Positions 20,263 to 30,136 of a DNA stretch of 64,000 nt are shown here, piece by piece; the first letter of the stretch is position 1; the number at the start of each line of letters is the position of its first letter. The notes beneath the pieces were generated by a model that saw nothing but the letters and a program-made list of their open reading frames with translations, did not search any database and had not been told where the DNA came from. This stretch comes from Spirochaetia bacterium (lineage in GTDB: Bacteria > Spirochaetota > Spirochaetia > CADAEX01), in the NCBI GenBank assembly GCA_963662265.2, contig CAXXHA010000032.1, forward strand, positions 96,001-160,000. Reading direction: 5' to 3'. The position numbers and the translations under genes are program-made.

Positions 20263-20643
20263 ATGAATATTGATTTTATTTCAATCGGGACAATTTCCAT
20301 GGAAAAATCAATCAAATTTTATCAGGATGTCCTTGGTTTCACACTTTATGATAAATATTCTCCTGCACAGGATGTCGAAATAGCATTTCTGTCTGATAAC
20401 CATGGAACCAAAATTGAACTTATCAGCAAAGTGGAACTGGAAGAAAGTATACACAGCAACATCTCCATTGGATTTGAAGTGGATGACATAAACTCAACAA
20501 AGGAACACCTTGAACACAATGGTGTAAAAATAATTTCAGGCCCTGTAAAACTTCCGCATAATGTGTTTCTGCTACATGCCGAAGATCCAAACGGAATAAA
20601 ACTGGGATTTGTTCAGCATATCAAGGTAAAGGAAACAAGCTGA
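20263..20643 (+). CDS. VOC/glyoxalase family protein
   Basis: Motifs SIKFYQDVLGF, IGFEVDDI and DPNGIKL; RBS AAGGAG. Confidence 0.85.
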   Translation: MNIDFISIGTISMEKSIKFYQDVLGFTLYDKYSPAQDVEIAFLSDNHGTKIELISKVELEESIHSNISIGFEVDDINSTKEHLEHNGVKIISGPVKLPHNVFLLHAEDPNGIKLGFVQHIKVKETS

Positions 20644-20759
20644 ATATTCTGATGCAGGTTGTTATACTGCTGCAAAATAACGGTTTTACCCGGGATATCA
20701 GCTGTATTTTTGATACAGAGAACAATGTTTAAATAATACATCTAAAGAGGTGAATAATA

Positions 20760-21107
20760 ATGCAGTATATTGAGACTTTCAAGGTAAAATCATGCAGCAG
20801 AATAACAATCAACTATTATAAAAATAATACTGATGCAAGAAAAGGGAAAAAGCCGAAAAGCTGTGAAACATATGATAAAGATGTAATTACAGAAATCCTG
20901 TCTTTACTGAATACAATGCCTGACAAGGGGGATATAATGGTCAGCTGGGGAAAAGTCCCTGTGCTGGAAGTCTTATTACATGATAAAAATGCATATTTCA
21001 GCTACTATAACAGAAAAATAAAAACCCCTTCTACATCTTTTTATTCTAATGATCCGGCAGAAGAAAAAAAACTTTATTCCTTATTAATGAACCAGCTTGG
21101 GAAATAA
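20760..21107 (+). CDS. Hypothetical protein
   Basis: 115-aa ORF with RBS GAGGTG; no recognisable motif. Confidence 0.6.
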   Translation: MQYIETFKVKSCSRITINYYKNNTDARKGKKPKSCETYDKDVITEILSLLNTMPDKGDIMVSWGKVPVLEVLLHDKNAYFSYYNRKIKTPSTSFYSNDPAEEKKLYSLLMNQLGK

Positions 21108-21297
21108 TTATTCATAAGTGGATAAAATAATATTGCTGAAGTCCTTTTCCTTCAAAACAGACATATGACTTTTTTATATCAATAAGGCTGCAAAGGCAGT
21201 CTGTGATTTCCTGCACACAGCAGTCTTTTTCCGCTGAAAATTCACTTACCTTTACGGATGTTGTAACAACTTTATCAATAATGTATTATTACATACC

Positions 21298-22122
21298 ATG
21301 AACAGCAAAGATAAACAGATAAAATGTAACTATCACACACATACTTACAGATGCAAGCATGCATCAGGAACTGCAGCAGATTATGCTGACAGCGCAGCTG
21401 AAAAAGGGTTGGATGTACTGGGATTTTCAGACCACAACCCTTTTCCCGATGACAGGTGGAATGATGTCAGGATGGATTTCTGTGAACTGGATGATTACGG
21501 AAAGGAAATTGATTCGCTCAAAAAGCGTAAAGATATTATCATCCTGAAAGGGATGGAATGCGACTGGGTAAGTGAATATAAAAACTACTTTAAAGATGAT
21601 CTTCTTGGAAAGAGAAACTATGATTATCTGGTAGGCGGCATGCACTGGTTCCGGGTTAAGGGAGAATGGGTATTCTGCTATAATGAGAATGCGAAAGGCA
21701 ATCTTAAATATTATGCAGAGCATATGATAGAAATGATGGAATCCGGCATATTTGAATTCATTGCGCACCCGGATCTTTTTTCACGATTTACAGATAAATG
21801 GAGTGATGAAACAGATTTCTATTCACGGGAAATCTGCGCAGCAGCAGAAAGCTGCAATATACCTCTGGAAATAAACGGTTACGGATTCAGAAAACCTAAA
21901 ATGGATTTTGAAGACGGAAGGCGTTTTGCATATCCGCACCCCAGGTTCTGGGAAATTGCATCAGATTATAAAATAAAAGTTCTCTGTAATTCCGATGCTC
22001 ACAGACCGGAAGATGCAGATGCATCCATAGATCTGTGCTGTGAAATTGCGGAAAGGAACTCGCTTGAATATGCAGACCTTTCATACCTGAACAGAGGGAG
22101 AAAAAGAAAAAAATATGCTTGA
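21298..22122 (+). CDS. PHP-family histidinol-phosphatase (HisJ/HisK-like)
   Basis: Motifs NYHTHT, FSDH, AHPDL, LEING and NSDAH. Confidence 0.85.
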   Translation: MNSKDKQIKCNYHTHTYRCKHASGTAADYADSAAEKGLDVLGFSDHNPFPDDRWNDVRMDFCELDDYGKEIDSLKKRKDIIILKGMECDWVSEYKNYFKDDLLGKRNYDYLVGGMHWFRVKGEWVFCYNENAKGNLKYYAEHMIEMMESGIFEFIAHPDLFSRFTDKWSDETDFYSREICAAAESCNIPLEINGYGFRKPKMDFEDGRRFAYPHPRFWEIASDYKIKVLCNSDAHRPEDADASIDLCCEIAERNSLEYADLSYLNRGRKRKKYA

Positions 22123-22630
22123 TATTCTAAGAAAAAGAAAATCTGTCAGAATTTTCGACGGCAGGGCTGTAGAAAACAGTAAAATTGAAAAGCTTTTGGA
22201 AGCTGCCCTGCTCTCCCCTTCATCAAGAAATCATGATCCCTGGGAATTCATTGCTATAACTGACTCCGGCAGGATAAAAAGCCTTTCAGAGTCAAAAAAA
22301 TCAGGATCATCTTTTCTCAAACAAGCGCCGCTTGTTATTGCTGTAATAGCAGATAAAAACAAAAGCGATGTCTGGGTAGAAGACTGTTCCATTGCATCGA
22401 TTATTATCCAGCTTGAAGCGGAAACCCTTGACCTGGGGTCTTGCTGGGTCCAGATAAGAAAAAGGGAAACAGAAGAAGGAGTTCTTTCAGAAGATTTTGT
22501 CAGAAATGTTCTTGCAATTCCGGAAAACTATGCAGTACTTTCTCTCATAGGCCTGGGGTACCCGGAAAAAAGGGAAGAGAGAATACCAAAGTCAACAGAA
22601 GCTGATAAACTGCATTTCAACTCTTTTTAA
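22115..22630 (+). CDS. Nitroreductase family protein
   Basis: Motifs RKSVRIF, SPSSRNHDPWEF and LGSCW. Confidence 0.88.
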   Translation: MLDILRKRKSVRIFDGRAVENSKIEKLLEAALLSPSSRNHDPWEFIAITDSGRIKSLSESKKSGSSFLKQAPLVIAVIADKNKSDVWVEDCSIASIIIQLEAETLDLGSCWVQIRKRETEEGVLSEDFVRNVLAIPENYAVLSLIGLGYPEKREERIPKSTEADKLHFNSF

Positions 22631-22681
22631 TAAACCTTTTTATTTCTGAAGTTTTGGAAAACCAGGGAAAGACTGGAAGAG

Positions 22682-23320
22682 TTATTCAGAGCGGTGCTTC
22701 AGCATTACTGACATTATCGCGTACCCTTCAGAAAGATCTTCTTCAGTAACAATAATATCATCCGGCAGCTGCAGTTTTGCAGGGGAAAAATTCCATATAG
22801 CTTTTATTCCCGAATCAACCATTTTTATCGCGGCTGCCTGTGCATTTGCAGAGGGTACAGATAATATCCCGAGTTCTATATTGTTTTCCCTGATATAGTC
22901 ATAAAGTTCATTCATGTTATGTATTCTTACAGATCGAACTGTTTTCCCGGTTTTTTCGGGATTATTGTCGAATGCCGCAATTATCCTCAGTCCATGCCGT
23001 TTAAATTCATGATATCCAAGCAGCGCCTCTCCAAGGGAACCTGCCCCGACCAGTACAGCCCTGGTATCCCTGTCCCACCCGAGGAATTCTTCGATTGAAG
23101 CGATCAGATCCTTGACCAGGTATCCTCTCTTGGGCCGTCCTACAATATTGGTAAATGTAAGATCTTTTCTTACCTGTATTGAATTTAAATTAAGCCTGAA
23201 ACCTATATCTGTTGCAGATATCCATTCAAAATCCATCTGGTCATACTCATAGAGAAGCCTCAGGTAATATGGGATTCTCCTGATTGTAGGGACCGGGATA
23301 TCAACATTTTTATTAATCAT
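22682..23320 (-). CDS. rex: Redox-sensing transcriptional repressor Rex
   Basis: Motifs PTIRRIPYY, QVRKDL, GRPKRGY, LVGAGSLG and IWNFSP. Confidence 0.93.
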   Translation of the reverse strand: MINKNVDIPVPTIRRIPYYLRLLYEYDQMDFEWISATDIGFRLNLNSIQVRKDLTFTNIVGRPKRGYLVKDLIASIEEFLGWDRDTRAVLVGAGSLGEALLGYHEFKRHGLRIIAAFDNNPEKTGKTVRSVRIHNMNELYDYIRENNIELGILSVPSANAQAAAIKMVDSGIKAIWNFSPAKLQLPDDIIVTEEDLSEGYAIMSVMLKHRSE

Positions 23321-23350
23321 AATCCACCATTATTTGAAATAGTAATATAA

Positions 23351-23381
23351 AACAGCACTTCCGTGACAGGAAATGCTGTTT
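23351..23381 (-). terminator. Hairpin after the OCD-family gene
   Basis: AAACAGCACTTCC-GTGACA-GGAAATGCTGTTT imperfect inverted repeat. Confidence 0.55.
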
Positions 23382-23412
23382 ATCACGATAAATCAACCAT
23401 ATTTACCGCTGA

Positions 23413-24384
23413 CTAGAAATCAATTTCAAATCCTATCTTTTTTTCCCTGCATTTTTCATAAACAGCTTTTGCAGCGTAGAGGTCAAACAATGCCATACCC
23501 ACTGTCTTGAAAAATGTTGTACCGTATTCGCCTCTTTCAGGTTCTCTTCCTGAATTTATGAAATTTCCAAGAGTTTCAATCTGATCCTCTTTTATTGTTC
23601 CCTCTTCAAGGGGAATGAGAATTTCACCTGATTCCTCTTTTGCAAAATCAATATCCACCCAGACCTTATCTGTCAGGCTGAATATTGCATCGGTGAATTC
23701 CCTTACTTCAGGCTGAAAAGATCCCACAGCAACGAAATGCTTATTCTTCAAAAGTTCAGGATCATCAGGAATTACAGGATCCTTTGCAGTTGTTGTAGTA
23801 ATAACTATATCAGATTTTTCAATCAGTTCATTTACTGTTTCTGAATGAAAGACATTAAGCTCGGGAAGAGCCTCTTTGAGCCTGTCTGTAAAAGCCGGGA
23901 GACCTTCAGGAAACATATCATACAAGTACACATTTTTAATATTTCTTGCACTGCATGCAGCAATAACCTGATAAAACCCCTGTACACCACAGCCGATTAT
24001 ACCGAGTGATTCAGAATCCTTTCTTGAATGATGTCTTACACTCACACCCCCGCAGGCACCTGTTCGAAGTGCAGTAATAATTTTCCCATCCATTATTGCG
24101 AGGATTTCTCCCGTATCCGGATCATTAAGCATTATTCCGCCGTTGATTGTAGGCTTGCTGTATTTTTTATTCCCCGGAAACAGGGTAAGTATTTTTGTAG
24201 CTATATCGCCCTTTGCCACACATGGCATCAGTAGCAGTGAATTGCTATCCTTGCAGTCAATTGTGACACGTTCAGGCATTATATAATCTTTTGATTCATA
24301 TATTCTGAGAGCCTCTTCCACACTGTCCATGATTTCATTCATTGTTACAGCTTCCAAAATATTTTTCTGGTTCAGTATTATCAT
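23413..24384 (-). CDS. Ornithine cyclodeaminase/mu-crystallin family; probable delta1-pyrroline-2-carboxylate reductase
   Basis: Motifs ITALRTGA, IIGCGVQG, AVGSF and FKTVGMALFDL. The specific function is inferred from the nearby Cys/Thr racemase-family dehydratase. Confidence 0.8.
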   Translation of the reverse strand: MIILNQKNILEAVTMNEIMDSVEEALRIYESKDYIMPERVTIDCKDSNSLLLMPCVAKGDIATKILTLFPGNKKYSKPTINGGIMLNDPDTGEILAIMDGKIITALRTGACGGVSVRHHSRKDSESLGIIGCGVQGFYQVIAACSARNIKNVYLYDMFPEGLPAFTDRLKEALPELNVFHSETVNELIEKSDIVITTTTAKDPVIPDDPELLKNKHFVAVGSFQPEVREFTDAIFSLTDKVWVDIDFAKEESGEILIPLEEGTIKEDQIETLGNFINSGREPERGEYGTTFFKTVGMALFDLYAAKAVYEKCREKKIGFEIDF

Positions 24385-24404
24385 TATCCTTTCCTTAATT
24401 ATCC

Positions 24405-25967
24405 TTATTTATCCTTTAATTCCGCCTCTATTTTTTTCGAGGTCTTTGTAATTGACAATCCGCCTAGTGCTGTGCAGCGCAGTTCGCATGGAATACTCTT
24501 TCCCACTTTATCCATGGTATCAATCACCTCATCAACACTGACTACATGATCAAATCCTGCAATTGCCATATTTACAGAAGATAAAGCATTTGAAGCAGCC
24601 ATTACATTCTTACCCAGGCATGGAACTTCAACCCTGTTGGCAACAGGATCACAGATCATTCCGAGAATATTCTGAAGCGCCATTGAAACAGCTGCCAATG
24701 ACTCATTCAGTGGCAGATCGGCAATTGCAGAAAGAGCAGCAGCAGCCATCCCGGATCCTGCTCCGCATTCAGCCTGGCACCCCCCCACTTCTGCTGAAAA
24801 AGTTGCATGCTGTGCTATGAAAACGCCTATCATTCCGGCAGCAAGCAGGGCTTTAGCCATTACATCTTCCGAAAGGTTCATTTCATCAGCCGCACCTATT
24901 ACAGCTCCGGGGAGGCCTCCGCAGGATCCGGCTGTGGGAGCAGCCACAATTACACCCATGGAACTTTTAATCTCCATCAGTGCTGTTGTATAAAGTATTA
25001 TCCTGTTTAAAAGCCCGCAGTTAAGAAGTTCATCACTGTCCATTTTCGCCTTGAAACTGCCTGACTGATAACCGAGTATTCTGTCGCGGTATTCTGTTCC
25101 GGCAATCCCCGCTCTAATGGATTTCCTTAAAACAGCAACAATATCTTTCATCTTCACGAATACTTCATCTTTTGAAATATTTCCCCTTGCAGATTCATAT
25201 TCGAGTGCAAGTTCCCAGAGTTTAATATTTCTGCTGCTGTTGTATTTCTTCATTTCATCAGCAGTAATAAACGGAACAGATATATTTTTTCTTGAAAGAA
25301 CAGGCAGGACAGGTTTCAGCTCCCGGATTTGTCTGATTTCATATTTTTCAGCAATTTCCTGTTTTATACTGTCCGGCAGAAAAGATGATGATTTAATTTC
25401 AAAAAGACAGCCATTCCTGCTTTCAGTCTTAACAATAAATTCATGATCTGTTTGTCTTTCAAGATAATCATCTATTTCACTGTCATATTTATCTGTAAAA
25501 ACAAGTGTCTCAAAATAGTCTCCGCAGACAGATATTTCAAAACCGTCTATATCAACTATCTCAATCATACCGCCGCCTGTTGAGACAGCAGTTATTCTAT
25601 GTGATTCAGTCTTGTTGCTGAGTATTATCAGGTATGTATTCGGATGATCATAATTGAGTTTTTCAATTTGGATATCAATATCAAGCCCGGCTTCTTCAGC
25701 TCCCTTTAAATAGTCTACAAGTCTTTCATCAGAAGGCTCCCATCCCAGGAACCCTCCGAAAAGCCCCATATCAGAGCCCTGTGTATCATGAGTTGTGGCA
25801 AGAGAACCATCAGGATCGAATTTTATAGTTATATCTGATATTTCACCACCCATAAGGTCTCTTGCCAGAAGGCCGATTCTTACAGAAGCGGCACAGTGGG
25901 AACTCGAAGGCCCCCTCATAACAGGTCCGATCACATCGTTGAATATACTTGGATACATTTTTACCAC
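24405..25967 (-). CDS. Fe-S L-serine dehydratase-like enzyme, beta-alpha fusion
   Basis: N-terminal GPVMRGPSSSH and STGGG; C-terminal APTAGSCG, AEVGGCQAE and CDPVANRVEVPC (three Fe-S cysteines). Confidence 0.85.
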   Translation of the reverse strand: MVKMYPSIFNDVIGPVMRGPSSSHCAASVRIGLLARDLMGGEISDITIKFDPDGSLATTHDTQGSDMGLFGGFLGWEPSDERLVDYLKGAEEAGLDIDIQIEKLNYDHPNTYLIILSNKTESHRITAVSTGGGMIEIVDIDGFEISVCGDYFETLVFTDKYDSEIDDYLERQTDHEFIVKTESRNGCLFEIKSSSFLPDSIKQEIAEKYEIRQIRELKPVLPVLSRKNISVPFITADEMKKYNSSRNIKLWELALEYESARGNISKDEVFVKMKDIVAVLRKSIRAGIAGTEYRDRILGYQSGSFKAKMDSDELLNCGLLNRIILYTTALMEIKSSMGVIVAAPTAGSCGGLPGAVIGAADEMNLSEDVMAKALLAAGMIGVFIAQHATFSAEVGGCQAECGAGSGMAAAALSAIADLPLNESLAAVSMALQNILGMICDPVANRVEVPCLGKNVMAASNALSSVNMAIAGFDHVVSVDEVIDTMDKVGKSIPCELRCTALGGLSITKTSKKIEAELKDK

Positions 25968-25973
25968 CTGTTA

Positions 25974-26780
25974 TCAGCCGAGTTTTGAGGCTTTTTCTCT
26001 GCAGGCCCTTACAGCATCTATGACAGAATATCTGAAACTGTTTTTTTCAAGAACCTGAACTGCCTCTATAGTTGTACCGCCCGGTGAACAGACCATGTCT
26101 TTAAGTTCGCCCGGATGCTTTCCTGTTTCCCTTACAACTCTGGCTGAACCGAGTACAGCCTGAGATGCAAGCTTATATGCAGTTGCCCTTGGAAGTCCCT
26201 CAAGGACTGCCCCGTCTGCGAGAGCTTCTATAAACATATAGACATATGCCGGAGATGAGCCTGAAACAGCAGTACAGACATCAATATACTTCTCATCAAT
26301 TACTTCTGTTAAACCGAAGCTCTGGAATATTTTTTCGACATATCCCAGTTCTTCATCTGTTACATTCCTGCCCCTGCAGAGAACGCTCATCCCTTCTCCG
26401 ACAAGAGCGGGAGTGTTAGGCATTGTCCTGATGACTTTAACAGGGAATGAGAAGTATTTCTCAACCGATTCAACAGTTATACCTGCTGCAATTGTAACAA
26501 TGACTGTTTTCTCAGACACCTTTTTATTGATTTCATCAAGAACATACTTGTATATATCCGGCTTTACAGCAAGAATTATTATTTCTGAATTCTCAGAAAG
26601 CCTGCAGTTATCAGCAGTCACATCAATTCCCGGAAAATCCTTTTCCATTAAAGAAAGAGATTCCGGGTTTTTATCAGAAACAATTATTTCGCCGGCACAG
26701 GCAAAACCGGAGGATATAATTCCCCCGATAATTGCCCGGCCCATGTTTCCGGTACCAATTATTCCTATTTTATATTTCAT
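25974..26780 (-). CDS. proC: Pyrroline-5-carboxylate reductase
   Basis: Motifs IGTGNMG, LAVKP, RTMPNTP, SGSSPAY and VCSPGGTT. Confidence 0.95.
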   Translation of the reverse strand: MKYKIGIIGTGNMGRAIIGGIISSGFACAGEIIVSDKNPESLSLMEKDFPGIDVTADNCRLSENSEIIILAVKPDIYKYVLDEINKKVSEKTVIVTIAAGITVESVEKYFSFPVKVIRTMPNTPALVGEGMSVLCRGRNVTDEELGYVEKIFQSFGLTEVIDEKYIDVCTAVSGSSPAYVYMFIEALADGAVLEGLPRATAYKLASQAVLGSARVVRETGKHPGELKDMVCSPGGTTIEAVQVLEKNSFRYSVIDAVRACREKASKLG

Positions 26781-26802
26781 TTAAACACCTTTATCTTAAG
26801 TT

Positions 26803-29166
26803 TCAGCAGCCGAAATTCTGTTCAGTACGGTTGATAATCTCATCCTGAAGAGGTTTTTCAAGATTATTGAAATAATCGCTGTATCCTGCAACTCGGACAA
26901 TAAGATCTGAATACTGTTCAGGATTCTCCTGTGCCTTGAGCAGAATTTTCTTGTCAACAACATTGAACTGAATATGATGACCATCAAGTTTGAAATAAGA
27001 TCTTATCAGGGCAACTAGTTTGTCAATATTACTGTCCCCCTCAAGAACAGACGGAGAGAATTTCTGGTTGAGCAGGGTTCCTCCTGTTCTCAAATGGTCC
27101 ATTTTGGCAGCAGATTTCACTACAGCTGTAGGCCCGTTTCTGTCAGCATCTGTAGCAGGAGAAATACCTTCAGAAAGAGGCATACCGCTCTTCCTTCCGT
27201 CAGGTGTTGCACCGATTACTGAACCGAAATAAACATGGCATGTTGTAGGAAGCATGTTGATTCTGTACTGTCCACCATTCATTGTAGGTCTTCCGTCAAC
27301 AGAATCAAAATATGAATCAAAAATCATCTTCATCAGGTCATCAGCATAATCATCATCATTTCCATATTTGGGAGTCTTGTTCTTGAAGAGATTATGGATG
27401 GAAGGATCCTGAAAATCGTTATCAAGCGCTTCAAGAAGCTCTTTCATGGAAAGATTTTTTTCATCAAAGACATGTTTTTTTATGGAAGAAAAACTGTCAG
27501 TAATAGATCCTATACCTACTCCCTGAATATATCTCGTGTTATACCTGGCCCCGCCTGAATTATAATCTTTTCCCTCTTTAATACAGTCATCTATAATTAC
27601 AGAGAGAAAAGGTACCGGCATATAGTTGGAATAGATTTTCTCAATTGTATTATTGCCGTGAATCTTGATATTTATGAAATAATCCAGCTGCTTCTTGAAA
27701 GCATTGAAGAAATCATCAAATGACTGAAAATCTTCTGCTTTTCCTGTTTCAAGACCGAGTTTTTTACCAGTCATTTTATCAAGACCGTTGTAAAGAGTAA
27801 TTTCCATTATCTTGGTCAGGTTCATGTAGCCTGTAAGGATATATGATTCTTTACCGAATGCGCCTGTTTCAACACATCCGCTTGTTCCGCCGTCACGGGC
27901 ATCTTCAATTTTCTTTCCGGCTCTAACCATTTCAGAGACAACAGCATCAGCATTAAAAACTGAAGGCTGACCCCATCCCTCACGGATAACTTCGCATGCC
28001 CTTTTTACAAACTTGTTTGGATTCTTCTTGCTTACCTGTACATTTGAACTGGGCTGAAGAAGATGCATATCGCTTATAACATCAAGAACAAGGTAGGTAA
28101 CATCATTTACACCATCTTCCCCTTCTGCAGTAAGCCCGCCTGAATTGATATTGGCAAAATCTGTATATGTACCACTTTCCTTCAGAGTCACACCTACTTT
28201 TGGAGGTGCAGGCTGATTATTGAACTTGACCCAGAGGCATTCAAGGATTTCCCTTGCCTGATCCCTGTCGAGAGTTCCCTCTTCTGTTTCCTTTCTGTAA
28301 AAAGGATAGAGGTGCTGATCAAGCCTTCCGGGATTAAAGGAGTCCCAGTTATTCATTTCAGAAACAACAGCTATATGAACAAACCAGTACATCTGGACAG
28401 CCTGCTCAAATGTTTCAGGCGGATAAGCTGGTACTCTTCGGCAGTTGAGAGCTATTTTTTCAAGCTCACTCTTTCTGACCGGATCTTTTTCAGAAGCTGC
28501 CTTTTCCGCAGCATAATCAGCATAACGCCCGGCATACTTCATGATTGCATCACAGGTAACAGCCATTGCATCAAGCTGTTCCTTTTTTTCAAATGCTTTG
28601 GGATCATTCAGAAAATCAAGTTCTCCCGCAGCTTTTTCTATATCTTTTTTGAAATCAAGAAAACCTCTTTTATATATCTTACCATCAGCAACAGTATGGC
28701 CGGGGCCCCTCTGCTCCATGAATTCTGTGAAAATTCCTGCTGAATAACATTCTTTCCATTCATCAGTCATGGAAGAGAGTATTTTACCTCTCAAAGCCCT
28801 GTTTTCCCAGAAAGGAATTATTTCATTTTTCTGATACTCAAAAATTTCATCAGATACTTTATAGGAAATTTTCTTCCTTTTATTCATTATCTCGAAATCA
28901 TCCAGAGTATGACAGCATAATTCAGGATATGTGGAAGTGGCAGCAGGCCTCTCACCTCTTTCGCCGACTATAATTTCTCCATCATTAATACAGAGCTCCT
29001 TGTTTTCCATAATATTTTTAAAAACAAGAGCCCGCAGCATTGGGATTGATACTGTTCCTTCATATTTTTTATAAACTTCAGTAACAAGTTTAGCTCTCTC
29101 TATAGAAATACTCGGGACAGCGTTTAGACTCTGTTCTCTGAGCTTTATTACCCTTTCATTCATCAT
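26803..29166 (-). CDS. hypD: Glycyl radical enzyme trans-4-hydroxy-L-proline dehydratase
   Basis: HypD-type motifs QRGPGHTV, WDSFNPGRLD, ESGTYTDFAN, GGTSGCVETG, MLPTTCH and VRVAGYS; proC lies immediately downstream. Confidence 0.92.
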   Translation of the reverse strand: MMNERVIKLREQSLNAVPSISIERAKLVTEVYKKYEGTVSIPMLRALVFKNIMENKELCINDGEIIVGERGERPAATSTYPELCCHTLDDFEIMNKRKKISYKVSDEIFEYQKNEIIPFWENRALRGKILSSMTDEWKECYSAGIFTEFMEQRGPGHTVADGKIYKRGFLDFKKDIEKAAGELDFLNDPKAFEKKEQLDAMAVTCDAIMKYAGRYADYAAEKAASEKDPVRKSELEKIALNCRRVPAYPPETFEQAVQMYWFVHIAVVSEMNNWDSFNPGRLDQHLYPFYRKETEEGTLDRDQAREILECLWVKFNNQPAPPKVGVTLKESGTYTDFANINSGGLTAEGEDGVNDVTYLVLDVISDMHLLQPSSNVQVSKKNPNKFVKRACEVIREGWGQPSVFNADAVVSEMVRAGKKIEDARDGGTSGCVETGAFGKESYILTGYMNLTKIMEITLYNGLDKMTGKKLGLETGKAEDFQSFDDFFNAFKKQLDYFINIKIHGNNTIEKIYSNYMPVPFLSVIIDDCIKEGKDYNSGGARYNTRYIQGVGIGSITDSFSSIKKHVFDEKNLSMKELLEALDNDFQDPSIHNLFKNKTPKYGNDDDYADDLMKMIFDSYFDSVDGRPTMNGGQYRINMLPTTCHVYFGSVIGATPDGRKSGMPLSEGISPATDADRNGPTAVVKSAAKMDHLRTGGTLLNQKFSPSVLEGDSNIDKLVALIRSYFKLDGHHIQFNVVDKKILLKAQENPEQYSDLIVRVAGYSDYFNNLEKPLQDEIINRTEQNFGC

Positions 29167-30068
29167 CAGCCTCCAATTTCAGCTTTTATACCTGCAGTAT
29201 CAAAAATATTTTTTATACGTTCCATACGTTTATCTGATGGCACGGTATTTTCAGACATCTGATACTTTTTTTCAATTCGGTTGTATTTTGACTCGGCAAA
29301 ATTATTATAAGGCAGCAGACTCACTTTAATGACTTTTACAGTTTTCAGGATTTCCACTGTTCTGTTCCAGTTTTCATCATATTCATTGAAACCGGGAATA
29401 ACAGGTATTCTTATAAAAATATCCTTCCCCATTTCGGAAAGCATTTTAAGATTCCTTATTATTACTTCATTTGAAACACCTGTAAAATCTCTGTGTATTT
29501 CATTATCAACTGCTTTAAGATCATATAAAAACAGATCAATATATTCTGCCAGATCTTTTATTATATTTTCAGAAACATAACCTGAAGTATCAACAGCTGT
29601 ATGTATTCCCTTTTCCCTGCATTTCACAAGTAATTCTTTTAGAAAATCATGCTGCATAAAGCATTCCCCGCCGGAAAAGGTTACCCCGCCGTTTGATTCT
29701 TCATAGAAAATACTGTCCTTGAGAATCTCTTTCATGACATCAGTCACAGACATTTCTTCCCCGCAGATTTCTCTGGCGCCATGAGGACAGAATAAAGCAC
29801 ATTTTCCGCATTTCAGACACTTGTTTCTGTCTGTTACAGGATATCCGTTTTCTATTGTGATTGCATTATTTACGCATTTTGACATGCAGACTCCGCATCC
29901 TGTACATCTGTTTTTCAGAAAAATCAAATCAGGCATAAGACTCTGGCTTTCTGGATTATGGCACCATAGACAGGACAAAGGACAGCCGTTAAAAAAAACT
30001 GTTGTTCTTATGCCAGGTCCATCATGAACTGAATATTTCTGAATATTCATAACAATACCTTTCTGCAT
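29166..30068 (-). CDS. Glycyl-radical enzyme activase with ferredoxin insert (HypD activase)
   Basis: HDGPGIRT, GCPLSCLWCHNPES, two CxxCxxCxxxC clusters, GGVTFSGGE. Confidence 0.93.
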   Translation of the reverse strand: MQKGIVMNIQKYSVHDGPGIRTTVFFNGCPLSCLWCHNPESQSLMPDLIFLKNRCTGCGVCMSKCVNNAITIENGYPVTDRNKCLKCGKCALFCPHGAREICGEEMSVTDVMKEILKDSIFYEESNGGVTFSGGECFMQHDFLKELLVKCREKGIHTAVDTSGYVSENIIKDLAEYIDLFLYDLKAVDNEIHRDFTGVSNEVIIRNLKMLSEMGKDIFIRIPVIPGFNEYDENWNRTVEILKTVKVIKVSLLPYNNFAESKYNRIEKKYQMSENTVPSDKRMERIKNIFDTAGIKAEIGG

Positions 30069-30101
30069 AATCTCAACTCCTTCAGTTATTATAAACTATA
30101 T

Positions 30102-30126
30102 ATTACTGCTGCACAGCAGCAGTAAT
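30102..30126. other. Perfect intergenic hairpin inside the hyp operon
   Basis: ATTACTGCTGC-ACA-GCAGCAGTAAT. Confidence 0.6.
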
Positions 30127-30136
30127 TTGATTTTAT

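Noticed and set aside
26803-29166. Pyruvate formate-lyase or choline lyase annotation
   Set aside because: It has a single Cys in SGCVE rather than the PFL Cys-Cys, carries HypD-type residues and is linked to proC.
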